Assembly (NCBI RefSeq): GCF_018977255.1
Contig: NW_024704742.1
Location: 70,682,001 to 70,746,000 of the forward strand
From: Callorhinchus milii
Taxonomy: Eukaryota
Direction: 5' to 3'
Length of the DNA stretch: 64,000 nt
The notes beneath the pieces were generated by a model. That model saw only the letters and a program-made list of their open reading frames with translations. It did not search any database and was not told the DNA's origin. Made by a program: the position numbers and the translations under genes. Below are positions 1 through 13,800 of this stretch, one piece after another; within the stretch, counting starts at the first letter, position 1, and every line of letters begins with the position of its first letter.

Positions 1-2099
1 CTCCACTTTACAGTATATCCTGTGAAGCTCTTTGGGACATCTCGACGATGTGATAAGGCGCTATATCAAATACAAGGATTATTAATATGACATTAAAGAC
101 TGCACCTGAAGACAGTCCTCTTTGACTGTGCTTACAGTCACCTCCCCTCTACCCCAACTTGGCATTAAGCTCTACCACTGTTATGTGCTCCGAGACACTA
201 CCCCGTGTGAAGGTCTCTGTCACAAGTTGTAGTTGTTGTTTTGTGACTGAGCCACAGTAATAACAATCCTTGAAACCAAGTTTGATCATCATAGGGATCT
301 CAAGCACTTTGATGTGTCCTTCCAGCATGAAATTGGCAATATCAAATGCAAAGATTATAATAATAATAATAATGCTTGCATTTGATATAGGGTTATTACA
401 TCATTGAGACGTCTCAAAGAGCTTCACAGAATATACTTTAAAGTGGATTGACAGTGTATTTTGTGAATGAAACGTGGCAGCCAATTGTACACAGCAGAGT
501 TCCACAAACAGTCGTGGATTGAGTAAGAAATTTTTTTTTTTGGGTGGGCAGGGGAATATTATCCCCGGAAAGTGATTCGTTAATCGACTAACAACCGGGT
601 TCCTACTTCTTGCTAGGTAAACAGAGGCGTATGGAGTAAGGAAACCTGCCCAAGGATTCACCCCGCCTGGGAATCATACCTGGGTCCTCTCGCTTGCGAG
701 ATGAGTGCTCTAACCAATACTCTATAGGACTCCATATCAATGGAGTATTATTAGTATTATTATTACAACAATTTTCACAATTGAGGGCAGGTTAAGACTG
801 TGCCACCCACTCTATCGTGGTGAGGCAACACGCTCAATTTCAGTGCTGCCTGAGCTCGGGAATTAAAAAAATATAAATATTTATTGTATTTTATCTGAGG
901 AATCTATTACATCCTTCACATCAACGCCAGCAAATATTTATTACCCGATGACATTCCACACACAAACAAAACCTACAATAATTTCTTTTTTACACTTAAT
1001 CTCGCTAGATGACAACATGAGAGCGTTTAATTAAATTTAATAACTTGAATACATTAAAAAAAATTATTACCCAAACTCAGGAATTGACTCACTAGTCGGA
1101 AAAGCTCGGAAATTCATTTCATCTGTCGGAAACGCAGTTTTAAATCCTTGGAAGGAAAACTAGTTACTGGGGCAGGGAATCCTCCCCACTCAGGTCCTAT
1201 TAACCCTGCAAGCCAAAACCCTATCGGGTAATGTGGTCCTAGCTGGACAAGCAGCGGGGAATCTGGCCAGACAGTGATATCAATGGCAAGTTATGTGGTT
1301 TTAGCTGGTTAGATTCCAGGAGTTACCCCAACGCACATGCTGGGATCCCCAAGCCTTGGCTCTTGCCAACTTGCGCCTAATCCTTTCCAGAATTAGACAA
1401 GCAGGACATGTCCCTCCAGAGAGAGAGAGTGCGCTTTTCACTCCAGCAATCTATATCTGGAATTTCCATGCATGGAAATCTCAGTTGGTTTGGAGACTAT
1501 TAAGCATGATGATGGGTTTCCGCATGTGTCAGACACAAGGCTGACTATTCCCTTCTCTTTCCCCATCATGTCTGTTCTGCTGCTCAGTCCCCCACTGGAA
1601 CTCTGTACTCTAATCCCATTCCCCTCTCTTTTATATCTTGTATAATAATAATCCTTGCATTTCATACAGCGTTTTCACGTCGAGAGGATGTTTCAAAGCC
1701 CTTCACAGGATTTTCTGTAAAGTGTAGTGACTGTGCAGTTTGCGGGTGAAACGCACAGTCAGCTGCATGCAGGAATGTCCTATAAACAGCCATGGAGTGA
1801 GTGAGTGCCATGATATCTTTAAAGTCCAACTGAACAGGCAGACAGAACCTTAGTTTAATGCCTTATCCAAAGGACAACATCTTCGACAATGCAACACACC
1901 TTCAGCACTGCATTGGAGTGTTAGCTTAGACTATGTGAGTCCAAGTCCCACAATCTTCTGACTCAGAGGCAAGAGCGCTACCACTGAGCCAGGTTGACAC
2001 GCAAATGCTAGTGAGGTAAAGCAGGCTATAGATTTACCCTCTGATGAGAGGATAGGTAATGGGGATGGGAAGGGAGATATAGAGAGGACAGAGGTGGGC

Positions 2100-3030
2100 G
2101 ATTTCAAGCTTCAAATTTCAAAACCCAGAGAGAGGAAGAGTGTTCCAGAGTTTCGGTGCCTTGTGCCTCCGCCAATGGTGGAACGGAGGGCATGAGGGAC
2201 ATGCAGAAGGCAGAGCCAGTCGAACAGAGGCAGTGGGTTGTGAGTTGGGAGGTAAGCAGGTCAGAGAGGTAGGGAGGTGCCAGGGCATGAAGGGATTTGA
2301 AAACGAGTGTGATGATTTTCAAATCGATCCATTCGGCAATAGGGAGCCAGTGGAGCCTGGCTAGAACTGATGTGAGAGGGGTATGGAGTTTAATACAGGT
2401 GAGTATGCGGGCGGCGGAGTTTTGGACCAGATGGATCCTGTGCATGGTGGAGCTGGGGAGATTGGCAAAGAGGGCATTTGAAAAGTCGAGTTGGGAGGTG
2501 ACGAACACAGATGAGTGTTTCGACTATATCTGGAGTACGGTATAGTCAGAGGTGGGCAATGTGGCAGAGGTGGAGGAAGGTGGTCCTGGTCAGGGACTGG
2601 ATGTGGGGAAGGAAGGACAGCTGTGGGTCGAACCTGACACAAGATTGTGCACCGGTTCGGTTCTGAGGGATAGGCCGATGAGGTTGAGGAGGTCAGATCT
2701 GCAGGATAGAAGATGTTGATGGTAGCCAATGAGTATATCTTCCGTCTTGTCAACATTTAGTTGCAGGAAATTTTCACTCATCCAGGCCCTGATGTTTGCC
2801 AGATAAGCTGAGAGAATATTGAAGGACCTGGAGTCGCATCTGGAGGAGGAGAAGTAGATTTGTGTGTCATCCGCACACATGTGGAAGTTTACCCAATATC
2901 TGTGGATGACATTGTCAAGAGGGAGCATATAGATGAGGAAGAGGTGGGGGCCAAGGATGGAGCCCCAGGGTACACCACAGGTGATCGGGCAGGGGCTGGA
3001 GGAGAAAACATTTGAAGAGACAAAGTGAAG
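2100..3030 (-). mobile_element. L2-clade LINE 3' fragment
   Basis: GVPWGSILGP, CADDTQIY, FLQLNVDKTE, QNSAARIL, LHWLPI in ORFs 2590..3168 and 2104..2508. Confidence 0.88.
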
Positions 3031-6000
3031 ATCCTGTAGCTCAGTGGTTGTGGAGCTCATTGTGGAGTCCTGTAGCTCAGTGGTTAGAGCACTTGCTTTG
3101 CAAGCGAGAGACCTGAGTTCAATTCCAGGCAGAGGGCGAAACCTTGGGCAAGTTTCCTTACTCCACACGCCTAATAATAATCCCTCAAAAAAAAAACCAA
3201 AAACAATAATAAATTGGTCATTTTTAATCTATGACTGTTTGTGGGACATTGCTGTGCGCAATTGGCTGCCGCGTTCGCCCACAAATATACAGTCAATTCA
3301 CTTTACAGTGTGTTCTGTGAAGCGCTTTGGGACGTCCTCCCGACGTGAAAAGCGCTATATCAAATGCAAGGATTATTATTATTATTAAGATGGTTTGTTA
3401 GGTAGGACTTGAATCAGGCTAGTGCAGTCCCACTGAGGTGGCTGAGGGAGGGAGGAGAGGCGGTGGATGCGGATGGGTCTTTCAGATCAGACATTGAACC
3501 GAGCTCCCCATCTGCGCCTGTTCAGGTGGAAGTTATAGATCCCGCGACTCTATTTGAAAAGAGAAGGGAGTTTCTCTCTCCTGGTTGACAATCCCCTGAA
3601 TAAAATTGGTCACTCACTTCATGCTGTTTGTGGCACGCTGCTCTATACAAATTGGCTGCATGTTTAACGACAAAACACTCAGTCACTACACTTTATATTA
3701 TGTGCTGTGAAGCACTTTGAAAAGTCCTCTGGATGTGAAAGGCACTGTGTCAAATGAAAGGATTATTGTTGTTATCATAATTAAAATATGATTGAAGGAA
3801 ACACACTCAGTCTCTCACTCCCTCTCACACATGAGATGCTAGTGGGAATGAGAGCCAAAGCACTCCAGTGTAACATTAATTTCTACAGGCATTTTGCGAC
3901 GTGCTGTAAAAATCCTTTACAAAGGGAGAGTGGCATTAGCAGTTTTTTCAATGGGAGGAAACCAATCATATTAATGACTTGAATTATATTTGCCTTTACG
4001 AGATGTCATAAACATTTCAGGAGTTTAAAGGCAAGGATTCAATGGGAAGAGATCTGCAGTGTTAATTTTCCTTTCTGCCGATCACACAACCTGAGAGGAT
4101 GAAAATAATAATTATAATCCTTGCATTTGTATTGCGCCTTATCACTTCGTTGAGACGTCTCAAAGCACTTCAAGAATATATTGTAAAGTGAATTGACTGT
4201 GTGTTTTGGGCCAAAATGGGGCAGCCAAATGCACACAACAGTGTCCCACATACAGGGTTGAGTGACCAAATTATTGTTTTTTTTGAGGGATTATTACCCA
4301 CAGAAAACAATCCGCCAATCAACTAACAATTGGGTTCCTACTTACTGCGAGGTAAACAGAGGTGTGTGAAATAAGGAAACTTGCCTTAGGTTTCTCCCTG
4401 CCTGGGAACCAAACTCCGGTCCTCTTGCTTGCTCTAAACAATACGCTACAGGACTCCTTAAAATATATATATATATATATAAAATATATATTTCCACGTT
4501 TATTCTGTAAGGGGTTTTCATACTTTTTTTCTGGTCAGCCCGGAGTATGACTCATGCAGAAACCCATTACCGTGCTCAAGAGTCTCCAAACCAAATGTTC
4601 CACATATTTATACCACATACACATAAAGATTTCCCTGTATCTGGAATAGAATGCGCACTCTCTTTTTCTCCCTCTCTCTTCAGAGGATGCACCATGCTCA
4701 TCTAATCTCAGAGAGCATTGGACTCAGGTTGGCAAAAGGCAAGGCTTGGGAGACTCCAGAGTATATGTTGGGGTAACTGCTGGAGTCTAACCATCTAAGA
4801 CTGCATAGCTTGCCATTGAGAGCACAACTAGGACTAGCAATCCATTATGGCTATGGTTTGCAGCATTAACAGGAGCTGAGTGGGATGACTCCCTGTTCCC
4901 AGTGACTGGTCTGCCCCTCCAAGTCCTGTTGATGAGCCAGGTTGGGCTGGGTTGTCATCAGCAGTGCCCTGGAATACTGCAGACCCGCCTGGCTCAGGAA
5001 TTGGACTGGAGACCGTCACAAAGGTTGGACTCGATTCTGACATTCCGTGGCCAAACATGTCACCTTGGAGCCCACTCAGCCCCAAGGAGACTCCACTTAC
5101 TTCTCCACTCCCCACCCCCACCCGAAGAAGACACTACACCACAAGACTCATGTCCCTCTTTATGTGCTGTCAGCCTACCTCAGTCGATCACACTCTCGCC
5201 TCTCGGTCAGGGAATTTCTCTCTCACGATATCCCAGCTGACAATCTCCCACATAAAATCAGTCATTCACTTCATGGCTGTTTGTGATGGCTGTGTGCAAA
5301 ATGGATGCCACAAACATTCCATCCAAATACATAGACAGTACACTTGGCAGTAATTTTCCCCACAAAACACAGTAAATTGGCTTTACTATATACTCTCTGA
5401 AGCGCTTCGAGACATTTAAACACTTTGATATCACACCTTGTCATGCCTTGAGATTTCTCAAAGTGCTTCACAGGAAATATTGTAAAGTAATATTGTGATA
5501 AAACATCTCATTGGAAAGGCAACACCTCTGATAATGTAATGCTCCCCCAGTTACACTGGAGCATCAGCCTAGACTGTGAGCCCAAAGTCCCCGACATGGG
5601 GGTCTCAAATCCACAACTTTCTGACTCAAAAACCTGAGTCCTGCTGACTGAAGCTGGCTGTACATGACGGCTGACTGTGAGATGTCGCTGCTTGCAAATT
5701 GATTGCATCATCCTATGAAATACAGTCACCACACTTAGCAGAGAAAGCCTGTGAAGCTCTCGGTGACACTTGGAAGGGCGGTAAGCGGCGATTTCAAAAC
5801 ACACGGATTATTAGGATAATAATAATGATAATCCTTACATTTGGTATAACTCCTTATCACATCATTGAGACGTCTCAAAGCGCTTCACAGGATATATTGT
5901 AAAGTAATTGACTGTATTTTGTGGGCAAAACACGGTGGCCAATTGGTACAGTAGTCGTGGATTGAGTGACCACATTTTTTTAAATGAAAAAATGATGATT

Positions 6001-7298
6001 AAAGAGTGTGTGTTGTGTGCGTGTATATGCATGGGTGTGTGCATGTGTTTGTGTGAGTCTGTGTACTTGTGTGTGGGTGGATGTGTGTGTGGTTTGTGTG
6101 CACGTGTGTGTATGTGTGTGGTTGCATGTGTGTGTTGTGTGCAGGTGCGTGTGATTGTGTGTGTGTGTGTGGGACGGGGCACGGAGAAGGTGAGGGTAGA
6201 CGGACGGACTGTTTGGCATTCTGTGTGCACAGCATGGCCTCTCACAGTCTGTTTCTGAGCCCTGTTGCTGGCGCCCTGGCTAATTGAGGTACGTGTAACT
6301 GCACAAACTCAAAAAGTCCTTGTTAATGACACTGAGCAGCTCTGCCGGTCAGCAGGGGAATTAGCCAGAGAGCGCGAGCGAAAGAGAAAACACACACATA
6401 CACACAAACTCCCCATCCACTCCTTCCAAACCTGGCGTTCCCCAGGAAAACACACATAGTCAGTTTCAAGAGCTCCATAAGTGCCCCATCAATGTGTTTA
6501 ATCAAATTACTTATGAACAAAAAATTGACAGCTTTCATTAATTATACAAGATTATTCTAATTGCAAATTCAAATTTATTCATTTGGAACAGAAGGTATTC
6601 AGTAATATTTCAAGAAATTTACATATTAAATGGAGATGCGTGTGTATTATGTATGATAATGTATGCACATTTTCTTTATTTTTAACTTGTGGGCCATATG
6701 CGCTGTCGGTGTCTAAGTAGGTGAAAATGTCTGAAAGTGTTTAATTTGCCTGACAGACACAAGGCTAGGCCCTGTCAAGTGTGATGTGCCTCACGCCCGT
6801 CTCCATTTATTTTTCTGTTGATTACCAGCGCACGCCGGTGAGCTGCCTGGTGCGAAATTTCACTTCGGGGGGTGTGGGGGGCGGGGGGGGGGGGGGGGGG
6901 GGGGTTGGCTGATGGGGTGGGGGGTGGCTGATGGGGAGGTGGCAGGAAGATAAACACACAGCTTTTTTTTTAACTCTTCAATCGCCACCCCTCCTCTCTC
7001 CACTCCCCTTTTCGAACCATAGAAATTTACAGCACAGAAAAAGGCCATTCAGCCCATTGTGTGATTCCCGAGTGGGGAAAACCGAAGGCAAGTTTTGTTA
7101 CTCCACAAGCCCCTGTTTACCTAGCAGTAAGTAGGAGCTCAGTTGTTAGTCGATTGGTGGATTGCTTTTCCGGGAGTAATAATCCCTTCAAAAAAATTGG
7201 GTCTCTCAACCCATGACTGTGTGTGGGACATTGCTGTGTGCAATTAGCTGCCACATTTCACCCACAAAATATACAGTCACTACATTTTCCAATATATT

Positions 7299-7392
7299 CT
7301 GATGAAAGGTCATTGACCTGAAACGTTAATTCATTTTCCTCTCTCCATTGATACTGCCTGACCTTCTGTGTTCCCAGCGATTTCTGTGTTTA
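7299..7392 (+). mobile_element. Penelope-like element fragment carrying a minimal hammerhead ribozyme motif
   Basis: CTGATGA-A-AGGTC-ATT-GACCT-GAAA-CGTT followed by a short foreign tail, inside a SINE. Confidence 0.6.
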
Positions 7393-10214
7393 TACCACTT
7401 TACAGTATATTCTGTGAAGCACTTTGAGACGTTTCAAAGGCTTGATAAGGCACTATATCAAATGCAATAATTATTATTATCATTATTATTATTACTATTA
7501 TGTCCGTGCTGGTTCTCATTAAGAGCAATCTTTTCAATCCCATTGACCTGCCCTTTCCCTCACCCCTCCCCTGGGTTTAACGTCCGTCCTTCAGATGAGA
7601 CATTAAACCGAGGTCCTGTTTGCCTGTTCAGGTGGATGTTAAAGATCCCATGGCACTATTTGAAAAGAGAAGGGAGTTTCGCTTTCACTGTGTCCTGGCC
7701 AACAATCCCACAAATAAAATTGGTCACTCAATCCGTCGCTGTTTGTGGGCCACTGCTGTGCGCAATTGGCTGCCATGTTTCGCCTACAAAATACACAGTC
7801 AAATCCACTTTACAGTAAATCTTACTTTGAGATGTCGCAATGACGTGAGAAGGTGCTATATCAAATGCAAGGATTATTATTGTTATTATTATTACTTCTG
7901 TAGTATAGAATCTCAGCTGTCAAGCATTCTGAGACGCTATTCTGCATGAAGGATGCTATATGAATGCCAGTTGTTGATGTTGTCACTCCTAGGCATACTA
8001 ATTATTATTAATAATAATATTTTCATTTCATACAGCGCCTTAACTCATCGTCGAGACATCTCAAAGACAAGATTGAGTATTTATTATAATGTACTATAAA
8101 GTGAATTGACTCTATTTTGTGGGCAAATAGAGACAGCCAATTGTGTACAGCAGTGTTCCACAAATAGTCGTGGATTGAGTGACCACATGTTTTTTTCTTT
8201 GGAGAGATTATTATCCCCGGAAAGCAATCCGCCAATTGATTAGCAATCGTGATGTTAAACTGAGGTCCCGTCTGTGCCATTTCGGGTGGATATTAAAGAT
8301 CCCGTGCACGACTCGAAAAGCAAAGGGATTTCTTCTCTCCTGGTGTCCTGGCCAACAATCCCCCAGATATAACTGCTCATTCACTTCACGGCTGTTTGTG
8401 GGACGTTGCTGTCCGCATGTTTGCGGCAGTGTTTTTTTCTAAACTGCACTTCACAGGAAATGTGTGAAGCTCTCTGAGATGTTATAGGCATTGTATGAAA
8501 TACAAAGGAATCATCATCTGTGGATTACCAGCAAAATGCCACTTCAGGTCATTAAGTGCAGGTTGGCTGAGAGAGAGACCGTGGACAGCAATGACAATCG
8601 AGTGCTGTAGGTAAGTGTATCTTCCTGACCTCAATAACCTGCCTTTACACTTGTCTCCTCGGGGACTAAATCACCATATTGTTGCTGTTCACTGAAAGCT
8701 CGCTTATTTGTTCGACAGGAAAATGTTAGCGGTGCTCGACCTAATCCAACACCAAACACATTGCCAGTGTCCAGGGAGAGCTGGTGGACAGCGGGCGGGT
8801 GAAGAGTGAGATTGTGGAGTGAGGCATTTGAAGAGCACAAGCATACAGAGAGTCAGATGGTGAAGAGTGAGCCTGTGAATGGCTCATCTGAAGAACAGCA
8901 CGTCTGACAATGCAACCGTGTTTCCCTGAGTGTGTAGTGAAGGGGTAGCCTAGGCTAGAGTTCACAAACTCAATGAAGGGCTGACACTACAATATGTTGT
9001 CCTCGTCATTGATGGTGGGACGTAGCAGAAGAAGGAAAAAGCAGTGGATGAGAAATATATTAACAGAGAACACTGATCAGCCACAGGAACTGAACTGATA
9101 ATAATAATAATCCTTGTATTTGATATAAAGCCTTATTATTTCATCGGCGCTTCTCAAAGCGCTTCATAGGATTTACACTGAAGTTCAGTGACTGTGCACA
9201 GCAGTGTCCTGCAAAACGTCATGAAGTGAGTGATCAATTTTATTTGGGGGATTGTCGGTCAGGACACCGGGAGAGAAAAACTCCCTTCTCATTTCGAATA
9301 ATGCCGAGGGATCTTTAATATCTACCTGAACAGGGTACAGAGGAGGAACTTAGTTCAATGAAGTCTGTCAATGCAGCACTCCCCTCAGCACTGCACTGGA
9401 GCATCGGCCTAGACTTTGAGCTCAAAGTCCCTAACATGGGGTGGGGGCTTGAACCCACAACTTTCTGACTGCAAGAGACCGAGCCAGGCACTAATTCCCA
9501 GCGAGTACCTGCGGTGTCTGACATAAGCCGAGCACCCATGAGGATGAATCTCTTCCCTAATTTGCAAATGAGGCCAAATCAAGACTTGTCCTAATTAAGC
9601 ACAGTTATAGAATTTATGAATCAATTAGAAAAGTCCGGAAGGAAGAGATTGTGTATTCNAAAAAACCCAGCAAAAGCCCAGTGTTTTTTTGTTGAAGATA
9701 AACGAACCCTTTTTGTACATTGTCTGGATTCAGTGCACTCTGACAGTTGGAGCTATCATCAATTTTTCGATGTACAGCCCCTGCCCCCATTATAACACGC
9801 TTCACCACTTCGCAAAATTGCTGAAAACACGGTTCCAGTATGCACCCCGATCACCGTGCACATCTGACTGCTTCCTGCCCATTGACCACCTACTTTCTGC
9901 CTGTTGCCGCTCCACTTTCTGTCCGCTGGCCTGTTTATTACACTAACAATGGTCAACTTCCAGTTGATCGGGTCCTCCGAGCTCATTTCCTGGTATGCAT
10001 GTGTGGACTTTTACAGAGGGTTACACACAGAAACAGGCTGTCCCATTGTTTATATTCCACACATAATTTAACCCTCCATTCCCCTCTCCTACACCCCACT
10101 ATTCGCCTTTCCTACACCCATCTATTCTCCTCTCCTACACCCCTCTATTCCCCTCTCCTACAGCCCTCTCCTACACCCCTCTATTCCCCTCTCCTATACC
10201 CCTCTACTCTATAC

Positions 10215-10800
10215 CCTTATATTCCCCTCTCCCTCACATTGGGATCAAGTTTCCTCTTAAATACGTTGACACGTTCTGCTTCAACCACAACTCTGGTCAG
10301 TGAGGTCCACATCCTCACCAGCTTCTGTGTGAAGAAGTTCCTCCTAAACTCCCTATGAGATGTGTTGCTGATGAGCTTATATTTATAGCTTCTAGTTACA
10401 AACTCACCAACAAGTGCAAACAGCCCATCAACGTCCACCTTATCAAATCCTTTCATAACCTTAAATAATAGTAATAATAATCCTTGCATTTGATATAGTG
10501 CTTTTCACGTCTTCTAGACGTCTCAAAGCGCTTCACAGAATAAAGTGAATTGACCATATATTTGTGGGCGAAACGCGACAGCCAATTGCGCACAGCAGCG
10601 TCCCACAAACAGTCGTGGATTGAAAATGACCAAAGCCTTCAATTAGGTCCCCTGCCTGGGAACACCTTTGTAAATCTACACTATCGTCTCTCTCTATCTC
10701 TCTCTAGCTGTGTCCTCTCTTAAAACTACAATATCCTTCCTGTATTGTGGTGACCACAACTGCACACAAAACTCTGAATGCAGTCTAACCATGGTTTTAT
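10215..10800 (-). mobile_element. CR1-clade LINE 3' fragment, interrupted by a SINE piece
   Basis: CVQLWSPQYRKD, FKVMKGFDKVD, RRNFFTQKLVRMW. Confidence 0.8.
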
Positions 10801-13800
10801 ATATATATACATAATACATATGTAATATCAGAATAATCCTGTAAAATGAATTGACTGTATATTTTGTGGGTGAAATGTGGCAGCCAATTGTGCACAGCAA
10901 TGCCCCACAAACAGTCATGGATTGAGTGATCAAATTATAATTTTTAAAAAAGATTTGAGGGGATTATCACCCCTGGAAAAGCGATCCGCCAATCGACTAA
11001 CAACCGGGTTCCTACTTACTGCTAGGTAAACAGAGGCGTGTGGCGTAAGGAAACTGCCTAATGTTTCGCCTGCCCAGGAAACAAATCCATGGCCTCGTGC
11101 TTGCGAGGTGAGTGCTCTAACCAATATGCTACAGGACTCCATAATACATGTAACATCACATCCCTACATTAATACTTTATTCCTCTGGACAAAATTACAT
11201 TCTTTATGGCCTTGTCCATCTGTGCTGCTATTTTTAGTAATGTTCTATTAGAATAATATTTACATTTGATACAACACCTTCATGTCAGGAGGACGTCTCA
11301 AAGCATTTCACACTATGTAATAATAACTCTGTGTTTTGTAGCTGAACGCGGCTGCCAGTTTGCACACAGCAATGTCCCCTAAACAACCATGAAGTAAATT
11401 ATTAATTTTATCCAGGGGATTGTTGGCCAGGACACCATGAGAGAGAAACTCCCTTCTCTTTTTGAATAGCAAAGTGGTAACGTTAATGTCCACCTGAACA
11501 GGCACAGATCGGTTTAACATCTCATCTGAAGAACAGCACCGCGGACAATGCAATGCTCCCCTCATCACTGCACTGGAGCGTCAGCCTAGACGGTGTCTCC
11601 GAAGTGGGAGCTTGAACCCACAGCCTTCTGATTAATGGGTGAGACCATTACTGACTGAGCCAGGCTGACACACCGTAATAACAACATACAATTACATGTA
11701 GGGCATCACCTAAAGAGCATCACGCAGCACAATGGGGCAAGGAGAGGGTGAATTTACAGCACAGACCTGGAGGCGAAGGCTATGGGGGTGGGGGAATAGA
11801 GTAACATTGCACCAGCTCCCTCTTTGTTATCAGCTGTAAGTCTGCCTCTCCTGTCCCATCAAGCCCTTTCTTTCAACGTCCATCTTTCCCATTGTGACTG
11901 AGGGACAGGAGAAATTCACACTGTCACAGAGCGCCAGACATCAACAGCAGATGAATATCAAGGCAGATAAAGGGCCTCAAATGTCAACCTTTGAATATTT
12001 TGCCAGCTATCTGTCTTTTCAGATTGCCTCCAGTCTCTTTGACGTCCTTTCTTCCCTCTCTCCCAGCCGTCTCCGTTATATATTTCGCTTGCAATGGGAA
12101 GCATTATGAACAACTTAACCCTATCACCAACAAATCAAAGCTAGGATGCTTTGCTCTTATCAATAATTATTAATAATAATAATCATCAAACATGAGGATT
12201 ATTATTATCAATAATGTTAATGATAATACCCACTTTTGATACAGTACCCACTCATCCCGAGATGTCTCAGAGCATTACACGGGCAATGTTCTCAAGTGGA
12301 TTCCTGTAGCATAGTAGTTACCGCTCTCACCTTAGAGTGAGAGGACACTGGTTTGATTCCCAGGCAGGTCAAAATCTTAGGTAAGTTTCCTTACTGCACA
12401 CACCTCTGTTTACCGAGCAGTGAGTAGGAACCCAGTTGTTAGTCGATTGGCAGATCGCTTTCCGGGAGTAATAATTCCTTCAAAAAACATTTGGTCACTC
12501 AATCCACGTCTGTTTGTGGGACATTGCTGTGAGGAATTGGCTACCACGTTTGCCTACAGTTACTCCACTTAAAAGTATATTCTGTGAAGCACTTTGAGAC
12601 ATCTCAATGACGTGATAAGGCGCTATATCAAATGCAAAGATTATAATTATTAAGTGAAGTGATTATGTATTTTGTAGGCAAACGAAGGAGTCGATATATG
12701 AATAGCACTACATGAGTCAACTACAGGGGTAATAAGTCACAGGGATATGGGAAAGTGCAGTTAAATGGGACAGAGAAGCCATCATTCAGATGAGGCTTTA
12801 AACCGAGGTTCTGTCTGTGCCTGTTCAGGTGACATTAAAGATCCCGCACACTGTTCAAAAAGAAAAAAGGAGTTTCTCTCTCCCGGTGTCCTGGCCGACA
12901 ATTCCCATAGACAAAAAAATGAGTCATTCACTTCATGGCTGTTTGTGGACATTGCCTCCAAAACACAGTGATTACGTCTTATAGTGAATCCGGTGAGACA
13001 TCCCCCTGATGTGAAAGGCGCTGTCCAAATGCAAAGGTTATTATTATAATGTTATTATTAATATTCACCCCATAAGTCTGCGCTGTGTTGAAATGTAATG
13101 CTGGAGGTCAAAGATCGAGTGCTGACACACTATGTCCCACAGTCTCTCATAAGTTGCAGAATATAGAACTGATGGAAAGAGATAGATTCTTTCAACTGTG
13201 GTACTGATAAGTAACTGTGATGGGTTACTTTAGTGATTGTTTGAGATCTAATCCAGATTTTATAGAGATCCCTCAGGCTATAACTAACAGCTCATTATTC
13301 AGGGTTTTTTTCTGTAACAGCTGTGCAAGCTCCTGAAATTGTCTGTTCCTCCTAATTTCTCTCTCTACCCCCACCCCCCCCCGACTCTGCCTCCTCATCC
13401 CATCCATCTTCCCTGTACGCGTACTCTTGTCACGCTCTTGTCTCTGAATCAGAAGGTTGTGGGTTCGAGCCCCCATGTGGGTGACATTGGAGTGGAGTGG
13501 CATCAATTGGTTTCTGGTCAGGGCGAAACCTTCGGCAAATTTCCTTACTCCACACACCTCTGTTTACCTAGCAGCAAATAGGAACCCAGTTGTTAGTTGA
13601 CTGGCAGATCTCTTTTCTGGGGGTAACAATCCCGAACCCCAAATTTTTTTAAAAAATAATAATTTGTTCATTCAATCCATGATTGTTTGTGGGACACTGT
13701 GTTTCGCTGCCGGACTTTCCTCAGAAAATATACAGTCATTTCACTTTACTGTATATTCTGTGAAGCGCTTTGAGACGTCTCGAAGAAGTGATAAAGTGTG

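Noticed and set aside
9772..9850. Tigger/pogo-like terminus (TACAG..CCCATTATAACACG)
   Set aside because: No second inverted end found and similarity is too short to call
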